Of a DNA stretch of 64,000 nucleotides, positions 1 to 13,578 are shown piece by piece. Source of the DNA: Octopus sinensis (taxonomy: Eukaryota); assembly GCF_006345805.1 (NCBI RefSeq), contig NC_042999.1, positions 74,834,001-74,898,000 of the forward strand. Direction: 5' to 3'. The notes beneath the pieces are model-generated. The model did not search any database and had not been told where the DNA came from. It saw nothing but the letters and a program-made list of their open reading frames with translations. A program made the translations under genes and the position numbers. How positions within the stretch are numbered: the stretch's first letter is position 1; each line of letters begins with the position of its first letter.

Positions 1-2255
1 TTTACATTCCACCGGCATGGGTGCCAGTAAGACAATACTGGCATCAGCCATGACTATGATTTCGCTTGGTTTGACAGGGCTTCACAAGCACAGCATATTG
101 CCCAATGATTGAAGGGTGCTTTTAATGGGCCAACTATGCGACAGTGGCATTAAGCACAACTATGGTCTCTCTTGGCTTGATGAGTCATCTCAAGCACAGC
201 ATATCATCAAAGGTCCTGGTCACTTGTCATTGCTTCTGTGAGGCCCAACATTCAAAGATCATGCTTCACCACCTCATCTCATTTCTTCCTTGGTCTACCA
301 CTTCTACAGGTTCTCTCCACTGTTAGAGCATGACACTTCTTCTCACAACTGTCTTCATCCATATGCATCACATGATCATACCAGTGCAGTCGTATCTCTT
401 GCACACTATATCTGATGCTTCATATATCTAACCTTTCTGTCAGGATGCTTACACTCTGTCGTGCATGCACATTGACATTACACAACCAGCGGATCATATT
501 AGCTTCAATTCTTTCAATCCTATGCATGTACTCAGCAATTACAGCCCATGTTTCACTGCCATGTAGCATGGCTGTTCACACACAGGCATCATACAGTCTA
601 CCTTTCACTCTGAGTGAGAGTGAAAGGAGCTCTCTGAACTTTGCCCAGGCTATTCTTATTCTAGCAGCTACACTTTCATAGTATACACTCCCACTACTGT
701 TTTGGTCACTTAGGTAAAGCTATCAACTACTTCTAGTTTTCCCCCCTGGCATGTGATGGTATCTATTTTCTGTACATTTTTGATGTTAATTGTACCTGTA
801 CACCTTCCACACACAAAAACTATATTCCCTGGTAACCTTCTTTTGATATTGCTGCACCTCTACTTTGTCCATAGTTTACACTGGGTACATCTTATGGAGT
901 TTCTACATACGCCTTTCCTACAGATCAAGCAGGGCCATCTACCTGATGGCAGATGTGATTTGTTTGTTTTCCTACTTACTAAGATTTTGATTTTTGCTAA
1001 GTTAACTAGCCTTACTTCCACACCTGAAATTTCTTCTCTAGTTCTGGTAGTAATATGGCTGCCCAGAAGATGATCAGGGTGGAAAAGAAGGGTGTGGAAG
1101 CTTAAGGATCCTCTGAATGGACAAAGATATAGAGACGTGCTATTTGAAAAAGAGGAGGATATAACATCACATAATCTGGAGGACAACTGGAGGTTCCTAC
1201 AGAACCTGTTGAGGGCTACTGACCAGATCTGTGGCTGGTGTAAAGAACCCTTTTGACCTAAGGTGACGTGGTAGTGGAACAATGTAATTGACAAGGCGAT
1301 TAGGGAAAGAAACAGGCCTGGAAGGACTGGAAGTGTGATGGTAGCAGGGAACTATATCATAGCCAGAAGGGAAGTTATGAGACAAGTTTACTTAGCCAGA
1401 GGAGAAGCAGAAAAGAAGAGATTTGCCAATGTTCTGCATCGTGAGGACCCGAGACTTGAAGTGTATCAAATTAAAAGACAGTATGTGTGAGAAAATGTTG
1501 ATATCATAGGAGAGAAATGTTTCCACATGTATGATGGCTAACTTGCATTTAATTATGCTGCAAATGGACTTGGAGATGCCACTATGAAAGGTTGCTAAAT
1601 GAAGAGAATGAATGAGAGAAAGAGAGCCACCAAATGTTGACCCAACAGAGGGACAAGCCATCCAAAGTGACAGGGAAAGCCTCTGGCCCATTAGGAATCA
1701 CCACTGAGATGCTTAAAATATTTGGCAGTGTAGGCTGTCTACTCACCTGTACGGTTCGCAAGGTGGTACACCATAGTCAACTGCTATAAAGGTAAAGGTG
1801 ACACTTTAGATAGAAATAATTACAGAAGTATCAAATTGTTAGATCAGGTGATGAAAGTCACGGAGAGAGTCATAGCCCAACTAATTAAGGAGAGAGTTAG
1901 ATTATATGAGATGCAGTTTGTGTTTGTGTCAGGGAGAAGCACTACTGATACCATATTTCTGGTAAGACAGCTGCAGGAGAAATACCTGTACTTGGCTACT
2001 GTTGACATGGAGAAAGCCTTTGATAGGGTCCCTGATCCCTTATCTGGTGGTCAATGCAGAAACTAGGGATAGATGAGTAGTTGGTGAGAGCTGTACAAGC
2101 CATGTACAGGGATGTTATTAGTAAAGTGAGAGTTGGCAACAAATATAGTGAAGAATTCAGGGTAGAAGTAGGGGTTCACCAAAGATTAGTCCTCAGCCCC
2201 TTCTTGTTCATCATAGTCCTCCAGGTGATAGCAGAGGAATTCAAGACAGGCTGCC
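1..2255. mobile_element. RTE-clade LINE remnant with inverted 5' segment (3' part on minus 1-1046, 5' part on plus about 1060-2255)
   Basis: Plus: RT motifs (LLDQVMKV, QFVFVSGRST, DMEKAFDRV, GVHQ..VLSPFLF). Minus: motif D (VNLAK), Cys/His finger and C-terminus, matching the copy at 21140-22745. Stops and frameshifts present. Confidence 0.85.
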
Positions 2256-3529
2256 TTTTCGATTCTCAACGAGCATACACCTTATTAACATTACAAATTT
2301 TCAAATTTTAATTCATATTATGGACATTGATTTCTAGTACAATTATAAAGGGGCAGCCCAGATGTCCCCTCACTTCTTATAGTATCATGCTCCCTATAGC
2401 TTCAGATATACATTATCTTTTACAACTGCTTTAATACCATTATGAATACCCTCACTCCCCCTCTTGCCACTTTAGAACTATGGCCAGTGTAGGTGGTTTG
2501 CTAAAAGATGACAGTATCTGACATCTGCTATTCTTTATCCCTTTATCTCTCTTTATATATATATATATGTATGTATGTATGTGTATGTGTGTGTCCTAAC
2601 TTCTTTTTACAAGTATGCATGCTCTATACAGACTAATATATGTCTACTTTACTACATCTACTTGTCTGTCTTTTCTCCACTCTGTAGAATAATATTTCTA
2701 CTCAACTCTTATTCATTCTCTACTCAAAATTGGAACTGGTAACTTCAACAATTATTTGCCATGGATTATTATCGAACATTCTCATTTGAAACCACTATTG
2801 GACCTGACCTATAACTGTATTATTTATTCATTCATGGAACTACATAACACATATCTATCTTATGCTGCTCCTCAGGGACGTGCTGCCTGGGTAGGCAAGG
2901 TAGGTAGTACCTACCCTGAATAAAATAAATAGATAGTAACATTTTCCTTTTATGGCAAAAATATGCACCTAATTCAATAAAATTATGAAGGTTATTCTGA
3001 TTACTATGCATAAAATACAAAATATTTAATTTTTTTTGTAGATTAGGTAGGAATAATTCACCCTTGCCTTTCAATCTCAGTATATAAGACCACTGTAGTA
3101 CACATGCTGCATACATTCCTACAACAATGTTTACTTTACGTGCTATAAAGGCAGAAGTAACTCTGCTTACATTTCAGTTGTGTGCCTGTGTTTTGCTTAT
3201 TTTTTGTGTGTTTTACTACATAAACATCACTAACTGCCTACCCTGAGTAATTACTGACAGCACGTGCCTGCTGATCCTCATTTTTGACGAACAGGAATAT
3301 ACTACCATCCTTAACTGGGGATATTTCCTTATTTTTACACCTTTCTTATTTCTTCCTTTCTGATAATGGAATACTCAACATATGGAATCCTTGCTCAATA
3401 TCATGATCCACATGCTTGGCTATTCTAGAAACAGCTGTAAGAGATCCTCTACATTTTTATATTCTCTATCTAAATTAAATGTCTTTTTCAAGTGATTTCA
3501 AGCACTTTCCTTTTTCATTCTCTCTTTTA

Positions 3530-3695
3530 TTCATCATCATCGCCATTTAACGTCTGATTTTCCATGCTGGCATGGGTTGGATGGTTTGACAGAGATGGCT
3601 GGGCAGAAGACTGTACCAAGTTTCAGTGTCTGCATTGGCAGGGTTTTTATGGTTGGATGCCCTTCCTAACACCAACCACTTTACAAAAAGTGTAC
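3530..3695 (-). mobile_element. Short element sharing the RTE 3' tail (...CATGGAAAxCxGACGTTAAAxGATGATG)
   Basis: Reverse complement resembles the 3' end of the RTE copy (22690-22745); (CAT)n tail. Confidence 0.65.
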
Positions 3696-3743
3696 TATAT
3701 ATATTTATATATATATATATATATATACTGTATATATATATAT

Positions 3744-3837
<94 letters not shown>

Positions 3838-3840
<3 letters not shown>

Positions 3841-4136
3841 GAGGCGCAATGGCCTAGTGGTTAGGGCACCGGACTCGCGGTCGCAGGATCGAGGTTTCGA
3901 TTCCCAGACCGGGCGTTGTGTGTGTTTATTGAGCGAAAACACCTAAAAGCTCCACGAGGCTCCGGCAGGGAGTGGTGATCCCTGCTGTACTCTTTCACCA
4001 CTCTTTCTCTCACTCTTTCTTCTGTTGGCCTGCTCGTTTAGCCTGCGAGGTGGCGTCATTCGAAGGCTAAAACAATGCGAACGCATTGTGACTAGCGATG
4101 TGTAACAACATCTGATGGTCTGGTCAGTCATGTGAT

Positions 4137-4143
<7 letters not shown>
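3838..4143 (+). mobile_element. tRNA-derived SINE (family A, head GTGGAGGCGCAATGGCC)
   Basis: A box TGGCCTAGTGG, B box GGTTTCGATTCC, TCG in the anticodon-like loop (Arg-like); same head at 19511 (minus) and 25820. Confidence 0.8.
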
Positions 4144-4192
<49 letters not shown>

Positions 4193-4198
4193 TGTGTG

Positions 4199-4230
<32 letters not shown>

Positions 4231-4234
4231 CATA

Positions 4235-4295
<61 letters not shown>

Positions 4296-4349
4296 GAGGC
4301 GCAATGGCCTAGTGGTTAGGGCACTATATATATATATATATATATATAT

Positions 4350-4640
4350 AAAGGGTAAAGACCCCCTTCGGTCATGAATGACCATGGGATTGCACCTAGA
4401 AAGTTACCTCCTAGACACAAGTCTGGGCAAGGTTGTTTATGGAAGACCAGCAGTCACCCATGCATACCAGCCTCCCCTCTCCGCGCCACCAGTGTTATCC
4501 AAGGGAAAGACAAAGGTCGATATAGCTTGGCACCAGTCACGTCACAACTCATTTCTACAGCTGAGTGAACTGGAGCAACGTGAAATAAAGTGTCTTGCTC
4601 AAGAACACAACATGCAGCCCGGTCCGGGATTCGAGCTCAC
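4350..4640 (-). mobile_element. tRNA-derived SINE (family D)
   Basis: Minus-strand B-box-like GCTCGAATCCCGG head near 4630, followed by a TTGAGCAAGACACTT core-like motif. Confidence 0.6.
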
Positions 4641-4679
4641 AACCTCCCGATCGTAAGCTAAAAGAAGTTTTAATTAAAA

Positions 4680-4697
4680 TTTATTACAAGTTTTATT
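4680..4697 (-). promoter_or_regulatory. Candidate polyadenylation signals (two AATAAA) of the SRCR-MAM-MAM gene
   Basis: TTTATT at 4692-4697 and 4680-4685 on the plus strand, downstream of the predicted stop on the minus strand. Confidence 0.55.
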
Positions 4698-4841
4698 CAC
4701 TTGTTACTTCTTTACACCCTATTTCACCAAACTATTGTCACACCCCACTATTGGAGCATGTGCCTCACTTTCAGAAATACTAGTACTGATAATAATGAGT
4801 ACAAATAATAGAAGAACATCTTTGTATAGTGATGGGTGTTG

Positions 4842-4897
4842 TTATTCAATCCTAGGCCAGAACTGTTTTACCAGGTCTGTAATCAAAGAATTTCCAA
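4842..4897 (-). CDS. Terminal coding exon 9 (IGNSLITDLVKQFWPRIE*)
   Basis: CTTTCACAG acceptor in phase 1, TAA stop at 4844-4842, followed about 150 nt later by two AATAAA signals. Confidence 0.65.
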
Positions 4898-5069
4898 CTG
4901 TGAAAGCAGACGTAGTTTAGAAAACAAAACTAAAAGTAATCTAATTTAATTAAAATATAAGAAATAAAGTTTCTCATAAAAGAGATGAAACGGAATTAAA
5001 ACACTTAAAGAAAGCAAAGCCAAAAAACCCATTCAACACTTGCAAAGAGAGTAAAACAATTCTACTTAC

Positions 5070-5417
5070 TTCGACAGTTGCCTTTATCAATAACTAAATC
5101 ATCAAGACCCAAGGTTGAATAGCTATTTTCAGCAATACCAGTGAATACGATTCTTCCACGTGTACTTGGTAAATCCATACAACCATATTGCCACTCAGTT
5201 CCATGGTCTCCAGAATCTTGCCAGAAATATGGTGTTTTAGAAAACAATGGTTTAAGTGCATCTTCCACAAATCTTACTTGTAGTTCTTGAGCTTTAGTCC
5301 CAGGCATATTATAGAGAAATTCAAGTTTCATCTTTTCATTTGGAATATCAATCATAGGTGACTTTATAGAGTGTCTTATCTCTGAGTTGTAACCAGAAGA
5401 AAATAGCAGGTAGTTTT
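5070..5417 (-). CDS. Coding exon 8, MAM domain 2 core and C-terminus (NYLLF...SP...LEFLYNMPG...GDHGTEWQYGC...LGLDDLVIDKGNCR)
   Basis: TTTTACAG acceptor, GTAAGT donor, 348 bp, phase 1-1; overlaps ORF 5062..5355; MAM motifs. Confidence 0.9.
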
Positions 5418-6178
5418 CTGTAAAACAATCAAAGAGGCTTTGAGTATGTCCTTTAATATTTAATGCAAATGCAAGTTATTTGCTAAGATACAAATAAATT
5501 ATATATTGAGTAATATATAAATGGAAATCACTTTGCAGAGCAAGTTCCTGTGGATGGCAATCTCTATCATCATCGAACTGAGTAGGGAGTTAATTTGAGC
5601 CCTGGATGATGAATGATTGTCATTACTAATTTTTGGCTTGTTTCATATTCATGTAGTTGCTGATGCTTGTAGTAAAGTCATAGTTCTTGTTAGTGGCTGT
5701 GACGAATCATGAGACATGTCTGTTAAATGTTGAGCAATGGTGAAAAGTATCTGTCTTCAAGTTGCAGTACCAGTGCCATATGTTGTGGATATCATGGAGA
5801 CCCATAAGACTGAAGCATATATCCTGGATCAAGAAGGTAGTTCTTTTAGGCTACTGAACACTATACACATGCAGAAATTAATATTCTTTGGATATATTTA
5901 CCACGCTTCATAATACTTTTGGCAAGTATTAGCATCGGAGCCTGTGGCAGTATTGCACTGATGTGAAACAATGGATGGGTAATCAACTTATACACCACCT
6001 GATAACAATTATCCAAACTGTTTATATGGGTGAGCACTTGTTAAAGAAATCATCAGGGGTCATTTGTTGACCTGATGGTGCAAAAAGAATGGTGTTGTTT
6101 CTTGATAATGTAGATATAATATAAATAAAAGAGAAATATAATCAAATAATACCAATTACATATTATTTATTTAAGCCA

Positions 6179-6327
<149 letters not shown>

Positions 6328-6749
6328 TTATTTGACTTTTGTTTGGATAAATTAGGGAGGATACTGAGTTTGGATTTAATTCTCATTTCAGACTGCAGTG
6401 TAATATCTTCTTTCCAGAAAAACAACATACTATCCAGTGCAAGAATATAGCATGATGATTGCAATGGTGTTTAAACATACTATAGTGCAGAGATCCAGCA
6501 ACATAAACACTTTTAATTATGAATTTTTTATCATTTCATTAAAGATGACTTTGTATAGGCCTCAAAAAAGAAAAAAATACTTTAGCTAAAGAATTCTTTA
6601 TACTTATTTTAGTAGTTTAAAACTAAGATATATTCTATTTTATGAAAAATGTAAAAATAACAATGTATGAAGACATAATAATATATGAATGTATCATATA
6701 ATTTTGGTAGGGAAACAGAAGTGGACAAAGGGGTCAGTGCAGTCAGAGA

Positions 6750-8400
6750 AGTAATATACATTCATCTGTTCTCTCATTACTGAGTTGTTGAGAGAAGAAA
6801 TGATATGAGTGGACATTAGTAGAGTTTATAAATAACATGCTAGTTTTGAAGAGCAGAGACTTTTGTAGTAGTGGCAGATGAGGTAGAGTGAAAAAACTGC
6901 ATATTTCGACTGAATGTCATTGATTGAATAGTTGTGTGTAGTAGCAATAGAGGCATTTAACATTGTGGGTCCTATTTGAGCTTTGTAGAAATGATTAGTA
7001 CTGAGTAATTTTTTTGTTTCCAAAGAGAATGCCTAGCCTTTGGGATACAGTTTGTGATGTGTTAGTGCTAGGGATGATCGTCTGTAATTTGTAGGAAGCT
7101 GAATAGTTAAAAAAACATGTTCTTACATCAGAAGGAGTAAGTAAGGAAGAAGACTTTTCTCAATAAGTGGATTGTCCACAACAATCTTCTGTTGAAGAAG
7201 ATAAGATTCTTATGTTCCCTAAGGAGAATATTTCCAATGTCAGTTCATGGGGGCAGTACAGGTTTGACATGAAATGTCTAGGTTGTATGAAGATGATGTT
7301 TGTGTATGGAAGTTTGGAGGTGTCATTTGTTGGAGGTGGCAGTAAGTAGGCTGTTAATGTACAAGAGGGAAAGTATCAGTGACACAACTGAGCTGTATAC
7401 ACTAGAATTGATGGAGTGTAGCTAAGCAAGAGTTTTGTCTGTACAAACGACAATAGTACAGGCTGATAATCCAAGACTTTATCCAGATTTCCATACCAGA
7501 GACATTCAGATTTCTTGTTGATGTCAAGTGTAATGACATTATTTTCATTAAATTTTCCAAGAGTGAGATGGTTACTGGTAAATGACATCAAAGAGAGAGT
7601 TAACTATAGAATTATGGAAACTGTACTGGTGTTGGAGAAGCTAAATTATAAGCAACTGTGTTCAAATTCTTGAGATGTTGGCAGTTAGAGTAATAAGTCA
7701 ATACTCCACAAGATCAGAGAGATAGTATTTCTTGGACACAAGATTCACTGTAGTATGTTTCCAAAGATCAAAAGAAAGTGAAAGACTGAAAACTTTTAGG
7801 GAAATTAGGGGATGTATTTAGGGTGTATTGTTTGATTTTGATGAAAGAGACATTGGCAGGGCAATGATTTTATTGATTTAGAATGATAGGACATATATTT
7901 ACATGTGGATTCTTGTGTTCATGAAAACGGGACAAGAAGAATAGAGAGAGGAAGTTTTACAGGCATTTTGCTAAGTTTTCAAATTACTGAACTTGAAAAA
8001 AGCTGGTTGGAATGAGACTAAAGATTAGTAAATTAACATCAGAAGGTGAAGATAGGTGTTCATCATGACAGATTAAAATGGGGATATAAATTAAAATTAC
8101 ATTTCAGATAGGGTTAATAAAATCGGGAGGATTAAATAAATACAAAATAGGTTTCCTCTCTCTATGAGGTTTAATTATTATAGGAATCTAGGGAGCTGCT
8201 AGTCTTTTCTAATCTTGATAGTCAAAGCCAGCTCTCAGGTTGAACACGAAGGGTTGTGACTCACAAATAAAGCTCAACTCCAGCAGTAGTATAGTATTGA
8301 ATTTGATGACTCTAGATAATTCACAGTATGAGAACATCTACATTGTTGGCTTGTGATATCTGTTCCATGGCCAAGAAAGTGCTGCTCACAATGGTAACAA
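6750..8400 (-). mobile_element. Highly degraded CR1/L2-like LINE (RT C-terminal region recognisable)
   Basis: ORF 6826..7023 YKAQIGPTM...YYKSLCSSKLA resembles the YKAQIRPxMEY C-terminal region of such LINEs; boundaries approximate. Confidence 0.5.
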
Positions 8401-9046
8401 ATGGGGAGAAATGAAAGTACAAATTCTGTCCATGAGAGCATGAAAAATTCTATTACATTAAAAATATGTAGTAGTTGTACAAATTATTCACTGCAGTTTA
8501 TAGGGAGATAGCTATTACAAATGTTGAAGAAAATTCTGTTGCAGTCTTATGGCCAGAAAATTTTTTTCAAATTTTTTAAAGAAGATGTACTGTTATTCTT
8601 CAGTTTTATTTACCATGGTGATCAAGTCTATAGCAGTTGATCTCATCATATTTAAAGAAAATTATTAAGGACTTTAGCTAACTGATGCAGATGGATTATT
8701 TTAATATCACACTGAAGTGTATGTGTTGTAATATATTTGATATAAAACCTCTAGTGATCTTCATTTCCAGTATCAAACTATTGTTTTCTAAAATTACAGT
8801 TTCTCCATATATCTTGTTTAATGCTGAAGTTATGGAGTTATTGCTCATAGAGAATGGTGACTTCTTGACAATTGAGCATTCACTTATTTAATCAGCTGAA
8901 TGTATAAGTGTGTAACCAGTTGACTAATATGTCTATCCTAAATACAATTTTCAGGCAGAACCAGAGAGAGATGATGTGACAAGGTGACATCTTTTAATAA
9001 CAGATACAAACCTGTGATAAGGAGAGAGAAAGAGAAAGAGAGGAGG

Positions 9047-9086
<40 letters not shown>

Positions 9087-9743
9087 CTGACCTCAGTACT
9101 GAACTAGAATGTAATTGATTGCAAATGAGTGACTAAGTTGATCTTCTTAGAATTTGAACTTTGGTTGCACGTAGAATAAATACTGCATTTGTAGAGAAGC
9201 TCTCATGTGATTATGCTTGTCAGGTATGTGTACCAATTCATTATAATGTTTATTTTCAGCAGATACTCATCACACATTTAACAAATATGCCCCACTCACT
9301 CAACTGATGGGTTTTGACTAAGACATACATGTGTGCTGTGCTGAGGAATTCCAACCATGTTTTGTGATTTGCTAGTTCAGCAGCTCCTTTATAGGGTCCA
9401 GTGACTAAGGTCATCATCAGAAGAAACCACATCTGGATTTGGCCCCTACTCCTCTACTGTTTTCAAGATGGCAGGGCCCCTCCTTTTGGAGGTGTCTTCA
9501 GCTCTGGTGTTGAGTGGGTTTTTTTTCTTTTTCCTTTGACCTTCTGTTCTTTGGTTTCTTCGATGCAGTGTCAACGAATGTCAGCTTAATACTTACAACT
9601 TATATACATACAATGTTGTACTGCTAGGTGAGACTAAAGGTTACTTGCAGTTAAAATGCCCTATCATTTTTGATATTATTTGAAATGTCAATATTTGAAA
9701 TCATTTTACTTGAAATAATAATAAAGAGAACAAAAGTAATTAC

Positions 9744-9866
9744 CGGAAGTAGAATAATTGTACTTTCCAGTAATGAGAAGTCTCCAACCACTGCTTACAT
9801 ATTCCTTATTTTGAATATTATAACCACAAGTGCCACTCGCAAAATCACAGCTAACATTCCAGTGAC
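9744..9866 (-). CDS. Coding exon 7, MAM domain 2 N-terminus (HWNVSCDFASGTCGYNIQN...WR)
   Basis: AACAG acceptor, GTAATT donor, 123 bp, phase 1-1; CDFxxxxCGY motif. Confidence 0.9.
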
Positions 9867-10049
9867 CTGTTAATGAAAAATGATTGATTAAAGAAATTTA
9901 ATTATTTCCAAGTAAGAGTTCAAACAAATCAACAACTCATATTCTAATGCACATTTTTTCACAGTTTTTTACCAAAAAAGTTCCTTTCTTAAACAAATAT
10001 AGCCAAAGAATTGTAAAATCAGTTAATTCATCCAGTTTCCAGTGATATA

Positions 10050-11324
10050 TTAGGTCATCCCATAAATAATGTGTTTTTTTTTATACTTCTTTTATTTTTC
10101 AAAATTAAGATTAACAAAGTGCTTTTTTAATCTAAAATATACTTCTTCATTTTCTGTAATGTTCTTCCATCTCTCTGATAAAATTACAAGGCCCCTCTTC
10201 CAAAATTCACTTGTCCATGAGGAAAAATACTCCGCCAGTACTGTTCTGACTTCGTCTACAAAATTCATATTTTTTTCCGTCCAAATGATTTTGAAGACTG
10301 TGGAATAAATGATAAGCAGATGGCGCAATGTCTGGTGGATATGGTGAGTAGGACATGGTTTCCCATTTGAATTGCTCCAGCCTTTGGAATGTCATCCTTG
10401 CTGTGTGTGGCTGAGCATCATGCTGACAGAAGAACATTTTTCATCTTGAAACCAAAGATAGTTGTTTTTTTCTTTTCTAGCACTGACTTAAGCCATTCAA
10501 GCTGCTTGAAGTAGATCTCCTTTCTAATTATTTGGTTTGGGTTTAGAAGTTCAAAGTAGACTAAACCTTTCATATCCCACCAAACAAATAACAACACCTT
10601 ACGTGGGTGAAGACCATCTTTAGCCTGGGGTACCAGTGCTTCTCCTTTCCCTACCCACTGTCTTAAGTGCTTGACATTTTTATAGAGAACCCATTTCTCA
10701 TCACCAGTAACTATTCGTTCCAAAAAAAGGTTCATTTGTGAAACGTGACAACAAAAAAGAACACATATTCACTCTCTGTGAGTGATTAGACTTGAAAGTT
10801 TGAGAGAAACCCATTGACCCAATTTGCTGACTTTTCCGATGGCACACAGGTGTCGATGAATGGTTGACTGATCAAATCCAAGCTTTTCTGTGAATTCCTC
10901 AACAGTTATGATGGGATTTTGTTCCACCGGGGTTTCCAAGATATCCTCATTGAGCTCCACGGATCTTCCAGGATGAGATTCATCTTCTAGGCTGTAATTT
11001 CTGAAACCACCATTGACACTGGCTTATGGTTATTGTCTGATCCCCATATACTGCATTAATATTCCTCACACTTTCCATTGCATTGTTGTTTTATTAAAGT
11101 CATAAAGCAAAATATGCCAAATATGCTCCTTTGCCACTTCCATTATAGCTTTAGAATAAAACTTTTAAAATCAAACCATGTCCTTCAAAACTTGCACTAA
11201 GAATAAACACAAGGTAAAATTACTACCGGCTTTTATAGCAAGCTGACGCAGGTAGTTTATCCCATTCCCCCCCAACATTTAGTTAATGCAATTGAAAAAA
11301 AACATTATTTATGGGATGACACAG
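10050..11324 (-). mobile_element. Full-length-size mariner transposon, inactive
   Basis: Imperfect TIRs (GTCATCCCATAAATAATGT), TA on both sides, 1275 bp; broken transposase with IVTGDEKW, HDAQPH and YPPDIAPSAYHLF motifs. Confidence 0.9.
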
Positions 11325-12541
11325 TACTTTAACGAAACTGAGCACAATAGCCTGTTAAATGGACTTGTATTTCACTGCTGGTTGTTTTTATTTATGCTGT
11401 ATAGAGTTGTATATAGTGCTGGGAAACACTTTGAGTTTATCTCTAAATGAAATAATACAAATCCTGAATTTCACAGCTGTTTGAGTCTATCAAACACTTT
11501 GTTCATTTCGTACTGGAGTTATCACTGCATATTTTCAGAGGACCACAAATACACCTTTAACCAAAGCAAAACTCTGAGTAAAATATTTTTGTCTTGTGTT
11601 ATTCACACATGTTATTTCTCATATGCATATATCAAGACAAGAACTAATTACCAGTGAAGAGGTAATATAACTCTGATTCATGCAACAATAATCAGAGCAA
11701 ATTACTGAATGTTTGGTATATTCAATTGTAATACATATTGACTAAATTTGTTTATTTAAGTAAATGATTTCTGTTCTTGCATTGACAACACTAAATTTCC
11801 CAGTTTCAAGCTTTGATACAGAACATGCAGATGTGTAGTGCATGCAACATTTCATATATGCATCTTACTCTATGGTGCTGTTGTTGTTTAGTCCCCAAGC
11901 CAGCCTGAATCAAGCAGATCTATGACCAAAAACATTCCAACTATGACCATCTCATATTATTTAGGAATACATAGCACCACATTATCCAGTATGACCATTT
12001 TTTCTCTAGACAGGAGAATGTGATTTGAAAGAGATTTGGTTGCTGTTTGTAGTTAGTCCAGTGACCACATAGTGGCTCTCTCATTGGCTTGTATAGAATA
12101 CTGTATGGTGTACGTATGTCTGGCATCGATCCAGCAATCTCAGGAAAGATATCTTGAAACAAGCCATAATTTCCAAACACTTACAAACCAGTGTGTAGGA
12201 TACAATATATGTCAGTAAAATAATCTATGAAATTTTATATTTGAAAACATAGAGAGAGGAAGTTGATGAGAACATTGTTCAAGCTTTCATTTCATTTCAT
12301 TATTCTTCTTATACTGTTACTGAGTAAGGTGAATGTTGACATCAAAAATATAAATCTAATTGGAATGGAGTAAACTTGTGTACATGTACACACACACACA
12401 CACATTTTACACACACACTCCTTCCCTCTCTTTCACACACAGGCAGCAGATATGCATGTAAGCATACATGCTCACCTAAACATAATTACTAAAGCTAATT
12501 GCTGATATGTTATAATATGTTATGGTATATTTTGCCCTTAC

Positions 12542-12636
12542 TTGAACAGCTATTTTCTGATAAGGTGACATCATCAAGGGCAATATCACTGTCAAAACCA
12601 TTTCCTTGGATAGCTTCAAATATGATTTCATGATTC
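12542..12636 (-). CDS. Coding exon 6, MAM domain 1 C-terminus (NHEIIFEAIQGNGFDSDIALDDVTLSENSCS)
   Basis: AAG acceptor, GTAAGG donor, 95 bp, phase 2 to 1; MAM IxFEA..G...DIALDDV...C motif. Confidence 0.9.
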
Positions 12637-13337
12637 CTTTAACATAAATAAATAAAAAGAAAAATATATCACATATTGTTTTTTACTTATAAAGATTTTA
12701 AAGTCAAATTTGGCTAATGATAAATTGATCATGTTTACAAACATGCTGGTTTCTTAGAGTTAACAAAATGAAAAACAAGACTGAAATTTAGCCTTCAGTG
12801 ATTCTTCCAAAAAGAATCCACAGGATATTTCAAGCCTCTGACCCAGCCACTCTCTGTGGTTCATGTTCATACCATGTCTTGCCTCTTTTTACCCCCAACT
12901 TTTCACACAGTTTCCAGTGTAGCACTTTTACTACCTCATTGTGTCATCTCAACTTGTATTAGTTTGGGGCAAGTCAGAGGCATTCGTTCACAATATGGGC
13001 AATGGTTTTGTGAAATCCATTACAAATTCAGCCCAATGGAGGTACTTGTTCATTTCTAAGGACAGCCATCTAAATTGTGATGACAGGTAAGGGGTGTATT
13101 ATTGTATCATCGTTATAAATGAGATCAGAGGTGAACAGTTAAATCATTATTTCATGGGAGATTAGAAGTGTGTTATATTTTTTATTGTATACAAGGTGAG
13201 AGGTATGAAGTTGCATCATTATTATGTGGCTTCTGTTGGTCTGTCAAAGCAAATAAGCTGTGCAAACTTTGGCATCAACATTGCCAGAAAAATCAATCAT
13301 GAACCAGTAAAAGTTATTGAAAGCAAAATCTTCTTAC

Positions 13338-13578
13338 CCATATCCCTCATTCACGGGAAGACATTGATGTTTCCATCCAGTGCCTTGATTGCCTGATATA
13401 GATCCAATAGATTTTTTGCTAGAATTATTAGTTCGAACAGAGATATTTAGGCTTCCCATGTTTCTTCCAGACATGTGAAGGTAGAAACTGACACTGCCGA
13501 GATTTCCACTGAAGGGTTTTGTTCTCAAAGTTGTTTTTTGTCCAGGGAAACCAGTTGCAGAAGCAAGCATATATTTTC
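13338..13578 (-). CDS. Coding exon 5, MAM domain 1 core (KYML...VSFYLHMSGRNMGSLNISV...GNQGTGWKHQC)
   Basis: TTTTTCAG acceptor, GTAAGA donor, 241 bp, phase 1 to 2; MAM FYxHMxG, GSLxV and GNQGxxW motifs. Confidence 0.9.

Noticed and set aside
2350-2530. CAGATGTC/GACATCTG long-range stem reminiscent of an extended HHR stem II
   Set aside because: Neither half of the catalytic core is present.
4225-4330. Isolated 32-nt SINE head between (TA)n tracts duplicating 3838-3869
   Set aside because: Best explained by microsatellite slippage or local mis-assembly; no independent feature.
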